Shown here one piece after another: positions 12,800 through 27,054 of a DNA stretch of 64,000 bases. The DNA lies in NCBI GenBank assembly GCA_003427395.1, contig BFEA01000046.1:3632933-3696932 (forward strand), read 5' to 3'. The notes below the pieces were generated by a model. The model was not told where the DNA came from and ran no database searches. It saw only the letters and a list, made by a program, of their open reading frames with translations. Numbering within the stretch: the first letter of the stretch is position 1; each line of letters opens with the position of its first letter. This DNA comes from Chara braunii. Lineage: Eukaryota; Plantae; Charophyceae. Both the position numbers and the translations under genes were made by a program.

Positions 12800-13758
12800 A
12801 CAGCCCACGACAGGTAAGTACACGAAGTCAATCACCAACAGGTAAGTACACGAAGTCAATCACCAACAAATCCAAACAAACAAGTGTTAGCTGCTCTTCT
12901 TCGCTGCCTTCTTGCAGATAGTTGTGTGACCAGACACATGCCCTGGTGCATGGCACTACAGCTTACTCTAGTGTTGTACCGCCCGCCAAGTCACACACGT
13001 GCAAGGTTTTGTCCACACCAGTCTCTCTTTCCTCTTTGCAGTTCGCCACGTCAGTTACACCATGTACTCCATATCAGCAAGACCACCGTGACACATCAGC
13101 AAGACTTATGCTACATCAGCATCATTCAAAGGCCACATCAGTGGAGTACTACTTGGAGCACATGAGCAGTGGAATACCGCTCAGAACCATATCTGCTCAG
13201 TGGAATGCCGCTTGGAAAATGCCGCATCAACCTCGGTTAGTCGCTGCCACCTCAGGAAGGTGTCGAGCCACTGGAGGTACCTCCAAGCACTATGGAAAAT
13301 GTCACGTCATCCTATGTACCTCGCTGTATCTTCAGGAAGGTGCCACGTCAACACCTACATGCGCTGCCACCTCAGTGAGCAGCGTGCCATGTGAACAAGA
13401 AACACCTCTAGAGGAGGGAAGCCCAATAGCGCTATCAAGCCTAACACATCGGCAGGCCACTCCGAACTTCAGCACCGAAGGAATCTCCATGTCAGCAGGT
13501 AAGTTCCTTATCTCCTCCCCCTTCCACGTCAGCACTATCCTTCCAGTCCCGTTTCCAATGCCACGTCAACGCTTCTCTCGCCAACGGGCACCGACTAAAC
13601 CAGCCAACCGGTGAGTTATCGAGCAGCGATAGGATTAGACAATGCCACTCTTCTCCTCCACGGTCGACACCTCAGATCCTCGTCATCATCATCATAGTCG
13701 TGCGCAATATCTCAACCAGCAAATAGCGAGGAAGGAAGATATCGCTCCGATACCAAAT
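12800..13758 (-). mobile_element. 5' internal region and PBS of gypsy element B (opposite orientation to A)
   Basis: gctccgatacca at 13744-13755 is a minus-strand PBS (TGGTATCGGAGC) adjoining an LTR. Confidence 0.75.
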
Positions 13759-14841
13759 TGCAATGAACACAGTAAGATGAGAAACTCGTGAATGTCGAAA
13801 TGCAAGTCGGACACAGCGCAGCATCAATATCTCCAAAAATTCATTATGAAAACATGTCCATCATACATGTAGTCTCCCAATATCTCAAACTCAGAGAAGA
13901 GAACGAGGAGAGAAGGAGAAGAGACTGAGACGAGGAGGAGAGTTTCCACAAGAATCAATGAGGCAGAAATCCCTCCTCAAGCCCACTTCCTCATCGGGCG
14001 TCTCCTTCACTCACCACATCAGCAATACAGTTCTCCCCTGACGATCTCTGACATATACAACGAACAGGTCACAGCAGGGCGCCCATCCTCCGTCCATGTC
14101 GGCAGCAATCACGGAGGATGGCGCAGATCTTCCTCTTGGAGACGGGCAGCAAAGCACACGCAACGTCACAGGTAAGTCCAGGTAAGCTTCTCCTCCTCGC
14201 TCAAACCAATCTCACAGTCCAGATCCACCTCCTCACCCACACTCCTGTCAATGTCAAAATCAATGTGGCTATGGCCACGTCAGCATAATCACCCACACGG
14301 CTGGCGCCCACACCCAATATCTGGCACCAGAAAAAGCTCTGGCAGCCTTGCGTCGTGGCACCAGCATCCCGCCAGCGACAGACAGACTGCACAAGACTGA
14401 ATGATCTCCAAGCAGGGGATGGGCCAACTTATACTGTTGACTCACGTTGACCAGCCTTTGGTCTCCTGGGGTCAACAGCCCAGATCAATCGAAAGCCAAT
14501 GGCCTGGATGCTGTACAGTTGCAGATTTGCCATGTCCCACTCGGACCGGATTCTTCTGGATACCTGCAGACAACCAATAATGCGCATCTGATCTACGGTC
14601 GTGGTTGCCAGCGGGTTGACTTTGACCTCTGGGCCTGGATTCCCGTGCTGGGGTTGACCGTTGACTTCTCAAAGTCAACTGTTCCTCGTAGGGCCTCTGA
14701 ATGCTGGTTTTGGCCCTCCCCGAGGCCTTTGCCCAGGCACTTCTCAGACATAGGGCATGACTTTTGACCCCTGTCGGGCCTTCAACCAAAAGTGGCGAAC
14801 CAGGGACCACAGCTTATGCAGATTTGAGCCGAGTTATTGCA
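13759..14841 (-). mobile_element. LTR of element B
   Basis: Ends TGCAAT...ATTGCA (TG..CA, 6-bp inverted repeat), adjacent to the PBS. Confidence 0.82.
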
Positions 14842-15151
14842 AAAGATTCTGTTTTCTATAAAACAAAAAAACAGGAGCAAGGAAGACAATGTGTGTATGG
14901 TGTGTGCGCGCAGTGTGAAAGTCTATAGAATGTATGTGCGCATGCCTGCTCTCCCCCATATTGTGTGTGACCATTACTGCACCGCTTGGTGTGCAGGATT
15001 TGGGGAAGAGAGAGGGTGAGAGAGAGACAAAGACAAAAGAGAAAGATGCCCCATGTGCAGCATATCATATACACCTTGATATCACTTCCTGCCGCTTTCC
15101 GACTGCTGCAATCCAGCACCCGTGCACAGTGCTCACTTTCAGTTCAAGTCA

Positions 15152-15186
<35 letters not shown>

Positions 15187-15724
15187 GACATACTGGTATA
15201 CCAAGGTGAAGTTCGCAATGCCCCTGTGGAAGCAAAGTGCCACATCTGCGAGGAATGTTCTTTGAAGGTCACATGCAGGATTCTCAGAGACTTTAGGAGT
15301 ATCCCAGACGTTTTCGCCCATGCTCCTGTAAGAATGATTCTGTAAAATTAATACATTCTCCTGAAGGTCGGATCGACCAAAAGCAAGCTGTTTTCCTTTC
15401 CCAAAGGCAGTTCTTAACTTCTTATCAATAACCATGAGTCACACTGAACATACTACAATTTCTGCAAACTCCTTTTCGTTCTGGGCATGAAACACTTGAG
15501 GGGTAGAGGCTGGGAGGATGTCATAAGTATCAGGGTTTAATCTCTCATATGTCTGCACGTTGATTAGGTAGCAAGGCCAGAAGTCCAGCAGGCCCTGAAA
15601 TGTCTGGACGCAGATTCAGACGCCGTGCCCGGACGCAGATTCTCACCAGGTGTGCACATCATTTGAAGATGCCCCAAGAAGCGCTGGAAAAAGTCTGTTG
15701 TGTAAAGTTGGAATGAAAACAACT

Positions 15725-15787
15725 GTCCTTCAGGACATCCGTTAAAAGTGGAACGACACACAGGATTAGCATGGCCCCTGCGCAAGG
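15725..15787 (+). pseudogene. U6: U6 snRNA 3'-truncated retrocopy
   Basis: GTCCTTCAGGACATCCGTTAAAAGTGGAACGACACACAGGATTAGCATGGCCCCTGCGCAAGG matches the plant U6 5' two-thirds and is followed by an A-rich tail. Confidence 0.88.
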
Positions 15788-17788
15788 GGAAAAAAAGAAA
15801 AAAACGAATAGAAACAGCTTGTCGCTGAGGATCATTGGAAAATTTCTTCCAAAAAAAAATGAGAAATAAGGAAAACAAACATCAACTTCCCCGCAGTTCA
15901 TCGGTTTAACCCCCCCCCTCTTTCCCCTTTAACATCCCTCACAGCATCATTAGATGCCCACACAATGACACCCTTATCTGTGCTCTATTTGACATATGCA
16001 GGATAACTATTGTCAAGACTGAAAAGATGTCTCGATTCCCAGATTTGTCCAATAGCTGTCCGGCTCGTACAACCCAGGTTCCCTGGACAGCATGTGCTAC
16101 ATTGGCGGGGGAGTTATGAGGGGAGGGGGGTATCCGTAAGATTGTTGTGCCCAACATGATTTGATTTTATGACCTGATTGGCATCAGTTCTACATATAGA
16201 CAACTCAGTCACAATGTAGGTACAGTTCCCGGCTTGTCTTCAAAAATCACGAAATAGTTAAACTTTAAAATACAGAAAAGGGACCACAGTCCTGCTCAAC
16301 TACAAGAAGCCACTGCTTTTCATGTTGATAATGAGACATCAACACAAAGACAGCAGTGTAGGCAGAGCAAAGAGAGAGCACACATCATCCCCCTCCACTT
16401 CAACCCTGAATACCAGCCACAGGGCTCCAGATGTGCTCACGTAATGCCATCTTGCATTCCCAAACGGCAGTTCCTAATAAGAAAAGAGAGACCAAAGAGG
16501 ACAGTACGAAATATTGAGAGGAAAGCGAAAGCCCGGAACAGACTCCACATCCTCCTCCGCAGCCCATCGGTAAGTACTGCAGCCAGCAACAGGCTCCTGA
16601 GGAATTCATAAGGGCAAGCTGGTGTTCTGCATCACTTGTACTGCACTGCATTCCAAAATGACATGTCGTGCAGTTTCATCCAGATGGGACAGAATGCACT
16701 CCATAATCACTGGACTCGTTTCTTTTCACATTTACAGGGAGCTTTCACTTCACATTCCACCATGGGGAGAAGCAGCATGTGATATGCTTTTTCCCTACTT
16801 CCATCAAGCAGTCGACACATCTAACTGCGACGCCCCTCCACAATCAGAGGATAGACCGCTGAACCAAACTGCAGTCAACGGTTTCCCAAATGTCCCACCA
16901 CGCAGCCTGTAGACGTACTAGACGAGCCTTCTGTAAAGGGAAAACTAACACTGCACTGATTGCAGAGCATATCATAGATGGCTTGCTTCCTTCAACGCTA
17001 CAAGCTGGCATCACACGCCTCATTGCACACATCCAGCACACCAATTGATTCTGCGTGTGTGGTGTTTAGTTGCATTTCTTCCCCGTTGTGAACGCATCCC
17101 TGAGATTCGAGCAGGCAGCCAATGCACGCCTACCTGACTTGCTTGTGCAGTGCACTTTCACAGAATTCAGCTGTACTTTGTCTGTCACAGATAGGGTATA
17201 CTCGGTGTTGACTTCTGAGCGATCAAACGAGGTGTTAATGCCACCGTTCAGCATTGCTCACCTGAATAGACAAGTTTGAGTGAAATTCAGTGATTCTTAT
17301 GAACAATCTGACATTGTATACACGAGGAAAGAAACAGGCACCGACTTTTGAGAATTGCCACCACACACTCGTACACCCACCACGCATTGAGAGGGGTTTT
17401 CCTAAAATGCATACCAAACATCTCTATCACTACCAGTTTGCTGACCGCTGTACACCAAAAGCATGCTCCGGATGCCACCAGTGACAACTGGTGACACCAC
17501 CCAGCTCACTTAGCTGTAGCCAGTGAGTTGCTCTGCTTGATATGAATTACGCAACTAAAGAGGGCTACAAGCAACAGCAATCACAAAGAAATGCTCCTCC
17601 TAACTGGTTTCCAATCCAGATAAGAATATACTTGGTGCAACTGTTGTTCCTCTGTTCTCAGCTGCCAGTAAAATTGCAGACAGAGATAGATATCCCTCAA
17701 TTGAATTCACAACCGAGGGCTGCCTTCGTTTTCAGAAATTTTGGTACATTTTACCATACATACAGAATATGCCGGAAGAGGATGTGGC

Positions 17789-20700
17789 TCACGGCCCCCT
17801 TGGCCCAGAAAGCTTTGGGCCTCCCGTTCTTCCTTGCACAGTCGATCTTTCCCTTTGGACCTGAGGAGGTGTTGTCTTAAGGTTTCGTATTCTAGCTACT
17901 GGCACTGACATTCTTGTGGCAAAGGAATCATTCTTCACATCAGTGATTTGTTCACCAGTGCCAGCTGTAAGACTCTCATCAGACCCATCCACAGAGTCTA
18001 AGTCCCCGATATGGCCATCGCCTGCGTACCCTGCATCTACATCACATCCATCCCCTCCCTCTAATAAAGCCCTGGCAACCCCATGATGATCGACCTCTGC
18101 ATGGGTTCCCCCTTGAAAATCCCAGTTCACTCCTCCTATATCGCCTGCTATGTCTCCCACATTCAGCAGCCATGTGTCTGGTTGAGCCTCTCGCCTTCTG
18201 GAACTAGATTTCATTGCCATCTTCGGGACATAGCTTGGACACAAAGGATCCCTCAGCGAGTCAGAAGGAAATTCGTTTTGATGGCCGAAGTCCCTCACCC
18301 TGTGACCAACATCTTCCCTGTAACCACCATACCAGTCCCATTCATTGCTGGCCTCCAGGAATCCAGGCTCATTCATAGAAACCCGTCCACCTTGGAGTGT
18401 CGGCAGAAAATCCACACGAGGTGAGGCCCCCCCACGGGATAATGGATAGTAATGCAAAGCTTGATCATTCATACCTACCGCCGATGAGACTCGCCCCTCT
18501 CCCAGACTGCCTGGCCTCAACACTTGCCCGCCATAGTGAGTCCCCATTCTTCTATGCCCCTGCCTGTCAACAGCACCACCATAGTGATGCGGGCCCCAAT
18601 GCATGGACAGATCGATTTGCCCAGCACGTCCTTGAAGACCATGGCAGAGATAGTGTGCGTGAGGAGATGTGGGGTGGAGCTCAAGTGCTGCCCAAAGCAA
18701 TCCCTGTTCATATCTCACGGAATCTTCACTTACCCTCCCCATCCTCCCCTGGCTTCTTACGGGTAGGTTCTCAGGCTCACTGAAGTAAGCTTGGCAATCT
18801 GCCCAGGAAGGAGCTCCACTCAGGTGATCGTCATGTTCAAAGTGACTTTCCAGAACGCTGGCATCCTTAGCCAAGTGAGAGTACGCTGCTTCCTCCAACC
18901 TTGCAGATGAAAGCTGTTGCAAGCGCTTGCCCGCTCTGTCGCCTGCACTTCCCATGCTTTCACTGCCTACGGAAGGCCTGATGTCACGGCCACTCCAGTA
19001 CTGACCCTGCTTCATTGAAGATTCGGCCCTGATGGAGAACTCGTCTGCTTTGCCGAGACTACTATTAGATTTGCCAGAGGACCTCTTCTGCCTGGCATCC
19101 CCGTTGGCACCACTTGGTTCTTCCCAGCTACTTCCTCCGCTTCGAGATGATGGCTTACCACTCTTCAAAGAGTTCACAGGACCCCTGCTATCAAGATGCA
19201 GTGGCACTCCCAAAGGGCTTGAATAAGAATCTCCTCCCTTTCCAGACACACTGGCTGTGCTGGACCGATCTTTCCCGGCATGGAATTCTCTGAATGCATT
19301 CTTTCCATGCTCACTTCCACGTATGCGGCCTTCAATCAGCAGTTCCTTTGAATTGGCAACGGTAGCTGTCATGCAACTTGTATGCCCAGGCTTTGGAGGA
19401 GACGTTGGGTGTGTATTCCCAGTGCTGTACTTCGGAGAAACTTCTACACCGGCAGCAGACCGACGATCGGCATGCGATTCCATGCTCCTCCGATCCGACT
19501 TCAGCAAGCGGTCGTGCAATCTTAACCGCTCTTCCTCATGCCTCCGTTGAAGCTTGTGTAGTTCCTGCTCGTGCCTGCGTTCCAGTTTCTCCATCTCTAT
19601 CCTAAACTCGTCCATCTCATCACCCTTCTCCACACCCCATATGAATTGGTTGATGACGTGCTCCGATTTCCTGTTCCTGATGTTCTCCTCCTCCGGATAA
19701 TCATTCTCAGACAGCCCCTCGGGCATCCCTCTGATACTGCTGGGGGGAAACCTGGTCGGAATACCCAAATCCCATCCCTGACCATTCTGATCACTTTTCC
19801 ACATCTGATTTTTCCTCTTCCTACCACTGACAGAGCTCCCCTGCTTTTGACTACGTGCAGAGGCAGAGGCAGAGGCTTCATTGTTTTCGTCATCGTCATC
19901 AGGATCACTAAAGCGGGCCAAAGAGCCTTTCCCATCCGACAACATGTCAGACCTACGACTTCTATTCCAAAGCATTATTGCTTCGCGGTTTCCTTGCCCT
20001 TGCCCTGGTTCACCCGGCTGATGAACAAGGTCATCCTCACCTGAGGACTCGGACAAATATCCCGAGGATCGTTGTTCGTACCAGTAATTCATGGATTTAG
20101 GATGGGGATGTTCGTATGTGACCTCTGCAAACCGGCCATAGTGGAATTGGCATCTCGTGGGCGAGCTCATTTCATGAAGTGAAGGATGGTCATATGAGTG
20201 GTGAGGATGAGGTCCCAATTTCTGACCAGAGTCTGAATCGTGAAGAATCCCCTGAGGGGATCGACTTGGGTACATGTATGGTGAGCTGGAACCCGATCCA
20301 GTTCTCAAGGGACGTGGATCATCGTCAGCAGTGCCAGGGAAGGACGGACCCACGAAAACTTCAATTTCACTCTCTTCCCCGTTATGCTCATTCGGTGTAA
20401 CATCAGCACCGTGGTCCCACTCACTGTCAAGATTTGCAATCTCAGCATCGATCATCTGTGCTATGATTGACACATCTGAACGGTGAAGCTCCAGCTCGGC
20501 GACCATCTCTTGCGCTACATCCAATGCTGTGTCTTGGTCAGGTAAAAAGGAGAAGTGAATGTTCCGCACTTTGTTCTCCTCCAAGTCAGGAATCGTCAGC
20601 CTCATGTAAATGTCATCTGGCCGTCTCCTCCCTTTGACAATCATGCGCCTTGATGATGTTCGACTGAGCCTGCGCTGGTCACTCGTGTTTGTCTCTTCCT

Positions 20701-21796
20701 GTCTCTTCAATTCAAGACGCTGTGTATCCTCCGCTTCAGGCAGCTTTGGGTCTGTCACAGCGCGGTCTTGAACATGCTTCACTGGTTGCCGGTTGTCCGT
20801 ATCCCCTTTGCCTTGGATCCTGTTATCCAATTCCCTCCTGGGATCGGGGTATGAAATCCGAGGTGGCTTAGCAGGGATCAAGAGCGCATCCTCGGGCTCA
20901 TCTGATCTAAGAAAAGAGTCTGCTAGCAACTCGCGAGCAGGAAGGCGGCACGAGGCCCCAGCCAAGCATTTCTCCACAAAGGCACGAACCTCAGGGTCCT
21001 TCACCTTGTCCAAGGCAGCAGGCTTTTTCCCAGATATCACCTTCTTGTATATCTGAGCAGCGTTATTACATTCGCTGTACGGGTACTCAAACGTGACCAT
21101 CTCCAATAGGCACATTCCAAATGAATAGATGTCAACTAGTTCATTGTACTCTTCTTCATATAACTCGGGTGCCATGAATTCAGGTGTGCCTATAACACTG
21201 TGAGCAGCATGAGCCTGGCGGAGAATGGCTGCTAGCCCCAGATCACCAATTTTCACCTCACCTTGATTCCCATTTATAAAGATGTTATCACACTTCAAAT
21301 CTCGATGGATAATTGGGGGATCATGACTGTGCAGATACAACAACCCTCTGAGAATCTGTCGTGACCAGCTCTTCACAGCTTTCATATCCACATGTTTGTG
21401 CCTCTTTCGGTACTGCCTTAGAGTGCCAGAGGTGAAGATTTCAGTGATGAAATTGACATTCTTAGACTTCGTATCAACCCATGAATTGTAGAACTTGATG
21501 ATGTTTTTGTGTTTCAAGGTCTTCAACAAGTGCACTTCCGAGTAAAGCCGTTCGAGGTCCTCAGGCTTTTGGAGCGCATCCTGGATCTTCACCTGATTCC
21601 AGGCAACTTCTATTCCATCCACTTCATCAAACGCTCTGTACACCGTCTTGAACGCACCCTTGCCAAGAATTTCATCATACCGCCCATACCGACCCGTGGG
21701 ATCCACCTCCACAAATTCAGGCTCCCTGTCATCCGGGTCTGGAGGATTTGGATCTGTAGAAGCTGGAGTATCGTCATCCCCCTTGAGTTCAACCAT
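17789..21796 (-). CDS. WNK: WNK (With No Lysine) serine/threonine kinase, 1335 aa, single uninterrupted ORF
   Basis: [10 protein letters not shown] (catalytic Lys in subdomain I), [44 protein letters not shown]. Autoinhibitory domain RNIHFSF...[22 protein letters not shown] motif and coiled coil. ATG at 21796. Confidence 0.97.
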   Translation of the reverse strand: MVELKGDDDTPASTDPNPPDPDDREPEFVEVDPTGRYGRYDEILGKGAFKTVYRAFDEVDGIEVAWNQVKIQDALQKPEDLERLYSEVHLLKTLKHKNIIKFYNSWVDTKSKNVNFITEIFTSGTLRQYRKRHKHVDMKAVKSWSRQILRGLLYLHSHDPPIIHRDLKCDNIFINGNQGEVKIGDLGLAAILRQAHAAHSVIGTPEFMAPELYEEEYNELVDIYSFGMCLLEMVTFEYPYSECNNAAQIYKKVISGKKPAALDKVKDPEVRAFVEKCLAGASCRLPARELLADSFLRSDEPEDALLIPAKPPRISYPDPRRELDNRIQGKGDTDNRQPVKHVQDRAVTDPKLPEAEDTQRLELKRQEETNTSDQRRLSRTSSRRMIVKGRRRPDDIYMRLTIPDLEENKVRNIHFSFLPDQDTALDVAQEMVAELELHRSDVSIIAQMIDAEIANLDSEWDHGADVTPNEHNGEESEIEVFVGPSFPGTADDDPRPLRTGSGSSSPYMYPSRSPQGILHDSDSGQKLGPHPHHSYDHPSLHEMSSPTRCQFHYGRFAEVTYEHPHPKSMNYWYEQRSSGYLSESSGEDDLVHQPGEPGQGQGNREAIMLWNRSRRSDMLSDGKGSLARFSDPDDDDENNEASASASARSQKQGSSVSGRKRKNQMWKSDQNGQGWDLGIPTRFPPSSIRGMPEGLSENDYPEEENIRNRKSEHVINQFIWGVEKGDEMDEFRIEMEKLERRHEQELHKLQRRHEEERLRLHDRLLKSDRRSMESHADRRSAAGVEVSPKYSTGNTHPTSPPKPGHTSCMTATVANSKELLIEGRIRGSEHGKNAFREFHAGKDRSSTASVSGKGGDSYSSPLGVPLHLDSRGPVNSLKSGKPSSRSGGSSWEEPSGANGDARQKRSSGKSNSSLGKADEFSIRAESSMKQGQYWSGRDIRPSVGSESMGSAGDRAGKRLQQLSSARLEEAAYSHLAKDASVLESHFEHDDHLSGAPSWADCQAYFSEPENLPVRSQGRMGRVSEDSVRYEQGLLWAALELHPTSPHAHYLCHGLQGRAGQIDLSMHWGPHHYGGAVDRQGHRRMGTHYGGQVLRPGSLGEGRVSSAVGMNDQALHYYPLSRGGASPRVDFLPTLQGGRVSMNEPGFLEASNEWDWYGGYREDVGHRVRDFGHQNEFPSDSLRDPLCPSYVPKMAMKSSSRRREAQPDTWLLNVGDIAGDIGGVNWDFQGGTHAEVDHHGVARALLEGGDGCDVDAGYAGDGHIGDLDSVDGSDESLTAGTGEQITDVKNDSFATRMSVPVARIRNLKTTPPQVQRERSTVQGRTGGPKLSGPRGP

Positions 21797-24647
21797 CCTC
21801 AGGCTTGAAGGGACACTCCTCCACCCCTCCCTGATATGACAAGCCAGAACTCCAAGGAAGCTGTCTTGTACTCAGCACCGTACAATATTGTTGTTCATAG
21901 TCCCACCTGCCTCTGGACCCTGCGCTCCCCTCTCCCAACCTGCCAGCTCACTCACCCCCCAGATGACTTCTGAAGCACGACACAGCTCCCAGCATTCGAC
22001 AGACCTCCACGCGCTCCCAGCATTTCGAACTAAGTCATCATCTGCATGTAACCGGATGTTTCGTCAGCTTGGCAGCAAAATAAATGTCGCTCCAGTTGTT
22101 CCCGCTGAGAGAGAAACATTATTAACATATGACGATATATAGACGAACACAAAATATAAAGGTGACGAAGCTCGAGACATGGTCCCCCTATGCGGTATAT
22201 CTCCAGAGGTCCCCACCAGAAGTTCACCAGTGCATTAGTCTATCAAACCAGAGTAGAAGCAAGGAAATAGAATCTGTTTAAAACGGGCCAGACAGAAGTT
22301 ACCACATTTCAGATGGATGCATCAGTGATCTATATGCGCATGCCCGACTGCCTCATCGCCATTAGATATAATTTTCATGATACTGAATGATGAGGATATG
22401 AACACGAGGATGAAGAAGACAAGGATGACATTACAGAGGACACATATATAGCCACAGCATGATACCTTATGGTATGCACCATGAATGATTTGATGTCCAG
22501 CAGCTGTTTCCTTGCAAGAAATGCACTGCACTCAGTGTTGCATAACTGCATACCCAGAAGCCAAACAATACCGACCCTCGGTTCTCACAATAGAATTATC
22601 ATTCTCCACTCTTGATATTGTGTTCTAGTGAAAGAGAATGAACAAGCTGTGCCCCAACCGCACCCAAATGATGATTCTTCGGAACGTACTCTAACAATGT
22701 GGCACCAGGAAGATGATGAGATCAAGAAATACTACGTAGCAGGAAGATGATGAGATCAAGAAATACTATGTAGCATACTGCATTGCATACCAAGTTCCAT
22801 ATGTAAACAGAGAACAGACTGATCAGCTTGCTATCTGAACTCTCTGAAAACTATCTACCGAGCACTAGCACCTCAGCAACCCTTGAAGCACAACAGAAAA
22901 AGCCATGGCATGCCACAACTACCCTTGTTCTCTTGTGTCAGCCACATAAATAAAACCCACTCCCCACTCGCTGTTATTCTGGAAGGTCACAACAAGCTGA
23001 TAAGAAAGTTGACCCTGAGCCTGATTCCCCAAGGCTCAAAACAACTTTTTGCTGGCTTCTCCATAACACACCTTCAGAGAAGAGCCACACTCATCATATA
23101 AAAGCAAGATGCACGCTCTTGAGAGAGACTGAGACGCTGTGTGTGTGACAACAAGAGCAACTCTGACCCCATCAGCACCCCAACTACAATGTAGGCAACC
23201 GCATCCCTGTGGTGCGCACACAGCATGGTAGGGCAGGATGGAGCTTCCATCTCTTTTGGAGAGGGGAGAGGCAGAACAACAGCTTTCCTGTGGGGTCCTG
23301 CAAAAGCATCTCCACATGGAGTCTTCAGCACTCAATATGGCCTTCAGTCTTAAATACAGCCTTAGTTAGGCACAGCCTCAACACACTGACTCATTCCAGT
23401 AGTTCCCACTTAGAGACATTGTCAGGCCTCCAGTGTGCAGGCTTATCAAATAACCCCCATCAATGTACCGCTGCCATGTCAACCCCCTCTCCTCCTCCTG
23501 CAAAACTATCCATTTCCAATTGACATCCCCTCTCCTCTAATCCAACTACACATGATAGTGTTATCTGATAATTGGCAGGAAAGCAGCCTTCTGAATCACA
23601 TGCCTCTTTCTAAAATGCAGGATTTCTTCCAACTCATCAGCTCATAGAGAAGTATAACCAGAGTGTTCTTCTTTTCTAGATACTCATATCCAGGCCTGCA
23701 TAACACCTGTATGATTATCTATTGCCGCCTCAAGTGTCATCATATTCTAATATATCGTGGTGGAACTCCACAAACAGGAGACGGAATCGCAGACAACCGG
23801 CAAACCAAACTGTTTTCCTCGTTCCAAGAAGAAAATCTTAATTTTCTACACCAAACATACCTACCAACACAACGTGTCAAACTGCTGTAAGATATATCGT
23901 TTTGCCAGAGCATGCAAAGAATCTGGGTCTTTCGGCACCGACTCTTCTCCGACAACATAAAGGAATTTAAGCGCATGCGAAGAATCTGGGTCTCTCGGCA
24001 CCACTGTTCTCCGACAGCACGAAGAAATTTTTGATGGCAAAATGACATTCGATAAAGTCAAGTGCAAGTATGAAAGCATGATCTCACCACATGGACAGTA
24101 GAAAGACAAGCACGGTTGATCCTCACACAGAAGGGCCATTGGAGAAACTTCTGCCTGTGCAGATACAAAACTATTCCAAGGGGATGGACACTCTTACTTG
24201 TCGCTCCTTCCGCAAAATGTGGTTAGTGTCCACCAACCTCCCAATCCTTCAGACCCAGAGTCACCATATCCAGTAACCTTTGCCTTCTCCACGAATAGCA
24301 GACACATCCAGTGCCCATCATGCTGAGGTAACCAGATCCTCTTTCCATTTCCACCAGCTCGAACTACTGCCTAAACTGCCTTGGCACTGCTCTCCGGCAT
24401 GCTCTAACTAATGATTACAGCTATTATCTTCAGTGGGTCCCCTCTGGACAACATAACCTCATCTGGTTATGCTGAAAAAGGTAGAACCACATGCTTCGAA
24501 CTCGTGAACGAGATAGAGCATTCTTCTCACCACAAGCAGTACAACCAATCCCCAAAACTGGCTGAACCCATCGTGCCACGACTTCGAAAACTCCACGTTC
24601 GGACAAAACTCACAACTACCCACAATCTCCCCCCCCCAAAAAAAATG

Positions 24648-24748
<101 letters not shown>

Positions 24749-26512
24749 CAGCTTTTATGATGCGAAAGAAGTTCAGAAACAGTTCTACACTATCCCAGCG
24801 AAGGAACACACTGTGGAAAAGCCCTCTAAAGGAAATAGACAGCAGGCAGAACGACACACATATGCATGTGCCTGCAGAAAGTTGACAACAGACCAACTCC
24901 CACAGAAAACAGCATGGTTTGGCAAATCAGGTGTTTTGTGATGCCTCCTTATTTCAGCCACCTGGTCCAAGCTGCAGCACAGCCAACCAGGGTTAGCAGC
25001 CCTTGGACACCAAGAGGACCGTCTGATACAGTGGTCATCTGTGGCCATCTGCAGGATGGAACAGGCAATCACCCGCAACACCAGTGGCTATGTACTCGAG
25101 CTCATCAACCTTGAAGGTGGGACCTCGGTATCATATACGTAGGTATTCAAAAACACAATTATCTCCAGCTCAGGATGGAGCATGATCAGACTCCATAGGT
25201 TCTCTATCAAAAGTCCAAGGATCTGGGGCGGCCAATCGTAATCCCAAACCGTAGAGGAGAATGGCTCCATAAGGTTATCAAATCAATGTGATGCAGCATT
25301 TCTCAGCTATTTGGTGGCAGCAGCAGCCCATCAACAGTGAAACAATACCAGTGCAAGTGATGCTATACACACTATTGGAACTGCTAAACAGTGAAACAGA
25401 TACAGACATTAGATACCGCTAAGTACTTATTTTCCGGGCCCGCTCATGCATAGACAAGTGAGTTCGACATTCTATGTGGGGGCATGGTACACAAAGAGAC
25501 ATCAGTGTTAACTCCAGAAAACAAATCCTACACAGAATACAAGTCACTAAGCTGTATAAAAAAATAAAAATAAATAAAAATCACTAAGCTGTGGAACATG
25601 ACAAAATGGCCTGTCCACTAACAGAGAGCTTAGACTTTGGGTTGATAGCAGCTGGCCAACATGAAGCCAAAAATACAGGATGTCCAGTACCCCAGATCAG
25701 GCCGTTGACAGCAGCTGGCTAGCCACCAAGCCAAAATAAAGGCTGTCCACTGGCCGAGATCAGGTTGCCCCGCCGAGATCAGGTTGCCCCGCCGAGATCT
25801 CGATGGTGGGAACTGAACTCAAGTGCAACCCCGCGCCACAAAGTTGTTATGTCATCCAGAAAGCTGTTACGGCAGCCATTGCACCTTGCTAATATTCCGT
25901 GCTCTGTGGCGTCAGCACGGCAACATCCTCCAGAAAAATTTGAGCGACCCTCTGTCCATGCTTCCTGAGGCCCTACCGGCCCTCAGTAAGTCACCAGTGC
26001 CACCACGGAGGGAGGCACAATAAAGAAAGAGAGCGAGAACAGGGGATGAAGGAGGGGGCCAGGATCGAGGAAGAGATGAACAAGAGAGGCAAAGAGAAAG
26101 GGAGCTGCACCAGCCCAGAAAACACATCTGCTCTTTCTGGACTGGAGGTATTTTTCCACCACTTATCACTGCTTCAGTAGGAAGCATAATATCTATGCTC
26201 TTTACAGCTTTCTGATCGACGCCTGTGTTTTGCTTCCTCCCTCCACAACGCTTGTGTCACGATTCCGTTCTTGTGCATGGTCGTGGCACATCTGCCCTCC
26301 CAGCGTCATCCAGAGTGCTTTTCTTCTTAGCAGCTCAAACAGGTTGGATCTTGTGAATGCAAATAACCTCGTGGGTGTGTAGAAGCGGTCCGCATAGAGA
26401 AGTCGGATGAATATAAACGTAGCATCAGTGAGCAAGTGCAGGGGTTAAATGACCACTACCCCTGGAATTTAAGCTTGTGAGCCTAACAAGGCTGAGTAAG
26501 GACCTACGCAGG

Positions 26513-27046
26513 GGCGGGGTGGATATCACGGCCAGTATGGTTCCACTTTTGAACACCGTATCATGGCTGTAGTGGTTAAAGAGTCTTGGCTCTTGTGGCC
26601 AAGGGGACACAGAGGAGGTCTGAGGCCCCCAATACTGATCAGAACACCACTGTGAGGCTCCCTGGGAACCCATGTGGAAGTGTTACTTGCTTCAGTGTGA
26701 CCAGGCTGTGTAGCAGCGGCAGAGGCTCCCTGGGATGTGGAAGTGTTGCTTCGGTGTGACCAGGCTATGTAGCAGCGGCAGGGTCATGTGCTGATGAGAG
26801 AGAAGTGTGCAACAATTGCCTGTGTATGGACGAAGCTAAGTCCTGAGTGGTGTTCTGTGTGGTGTGAGTAAGGACAGTAAAGCCATGCAGGGGTGGGGTG
26901 GACATCATGGCCGGTATGGTTCAACTTTTGAACAACGTATCATGGCTGTAGTGGTTAAGAGTCTTGGCTCTCATGGCCAAGGGTGCCGGTCCGAATCCGT
27001 GCATGCACGGAGGTGGTCTGAGGCCCCCAGTACTGATCAGAATACC
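26513..27046. repeat. Diverged direct repeats (about 140 bp at 26513-26650 and 26893-27046) with shorter internal duplications
   Basis: ggggtgga(t/c)atca.ggcc.gtatggtt...tactgatcagaa.acca occurs twice. Confidence 0.8.
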
Positions 27047-27054
27047 AATTCCAC

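Noticed and set aside
23600-23645. Second hammerhead (minus-strand CTGATGAG...GAAA)
   Set aside because: No stem II or stem III pairing; the CTGATGA at about 26791 and the CTGAAGA at about 43446 fail likewise
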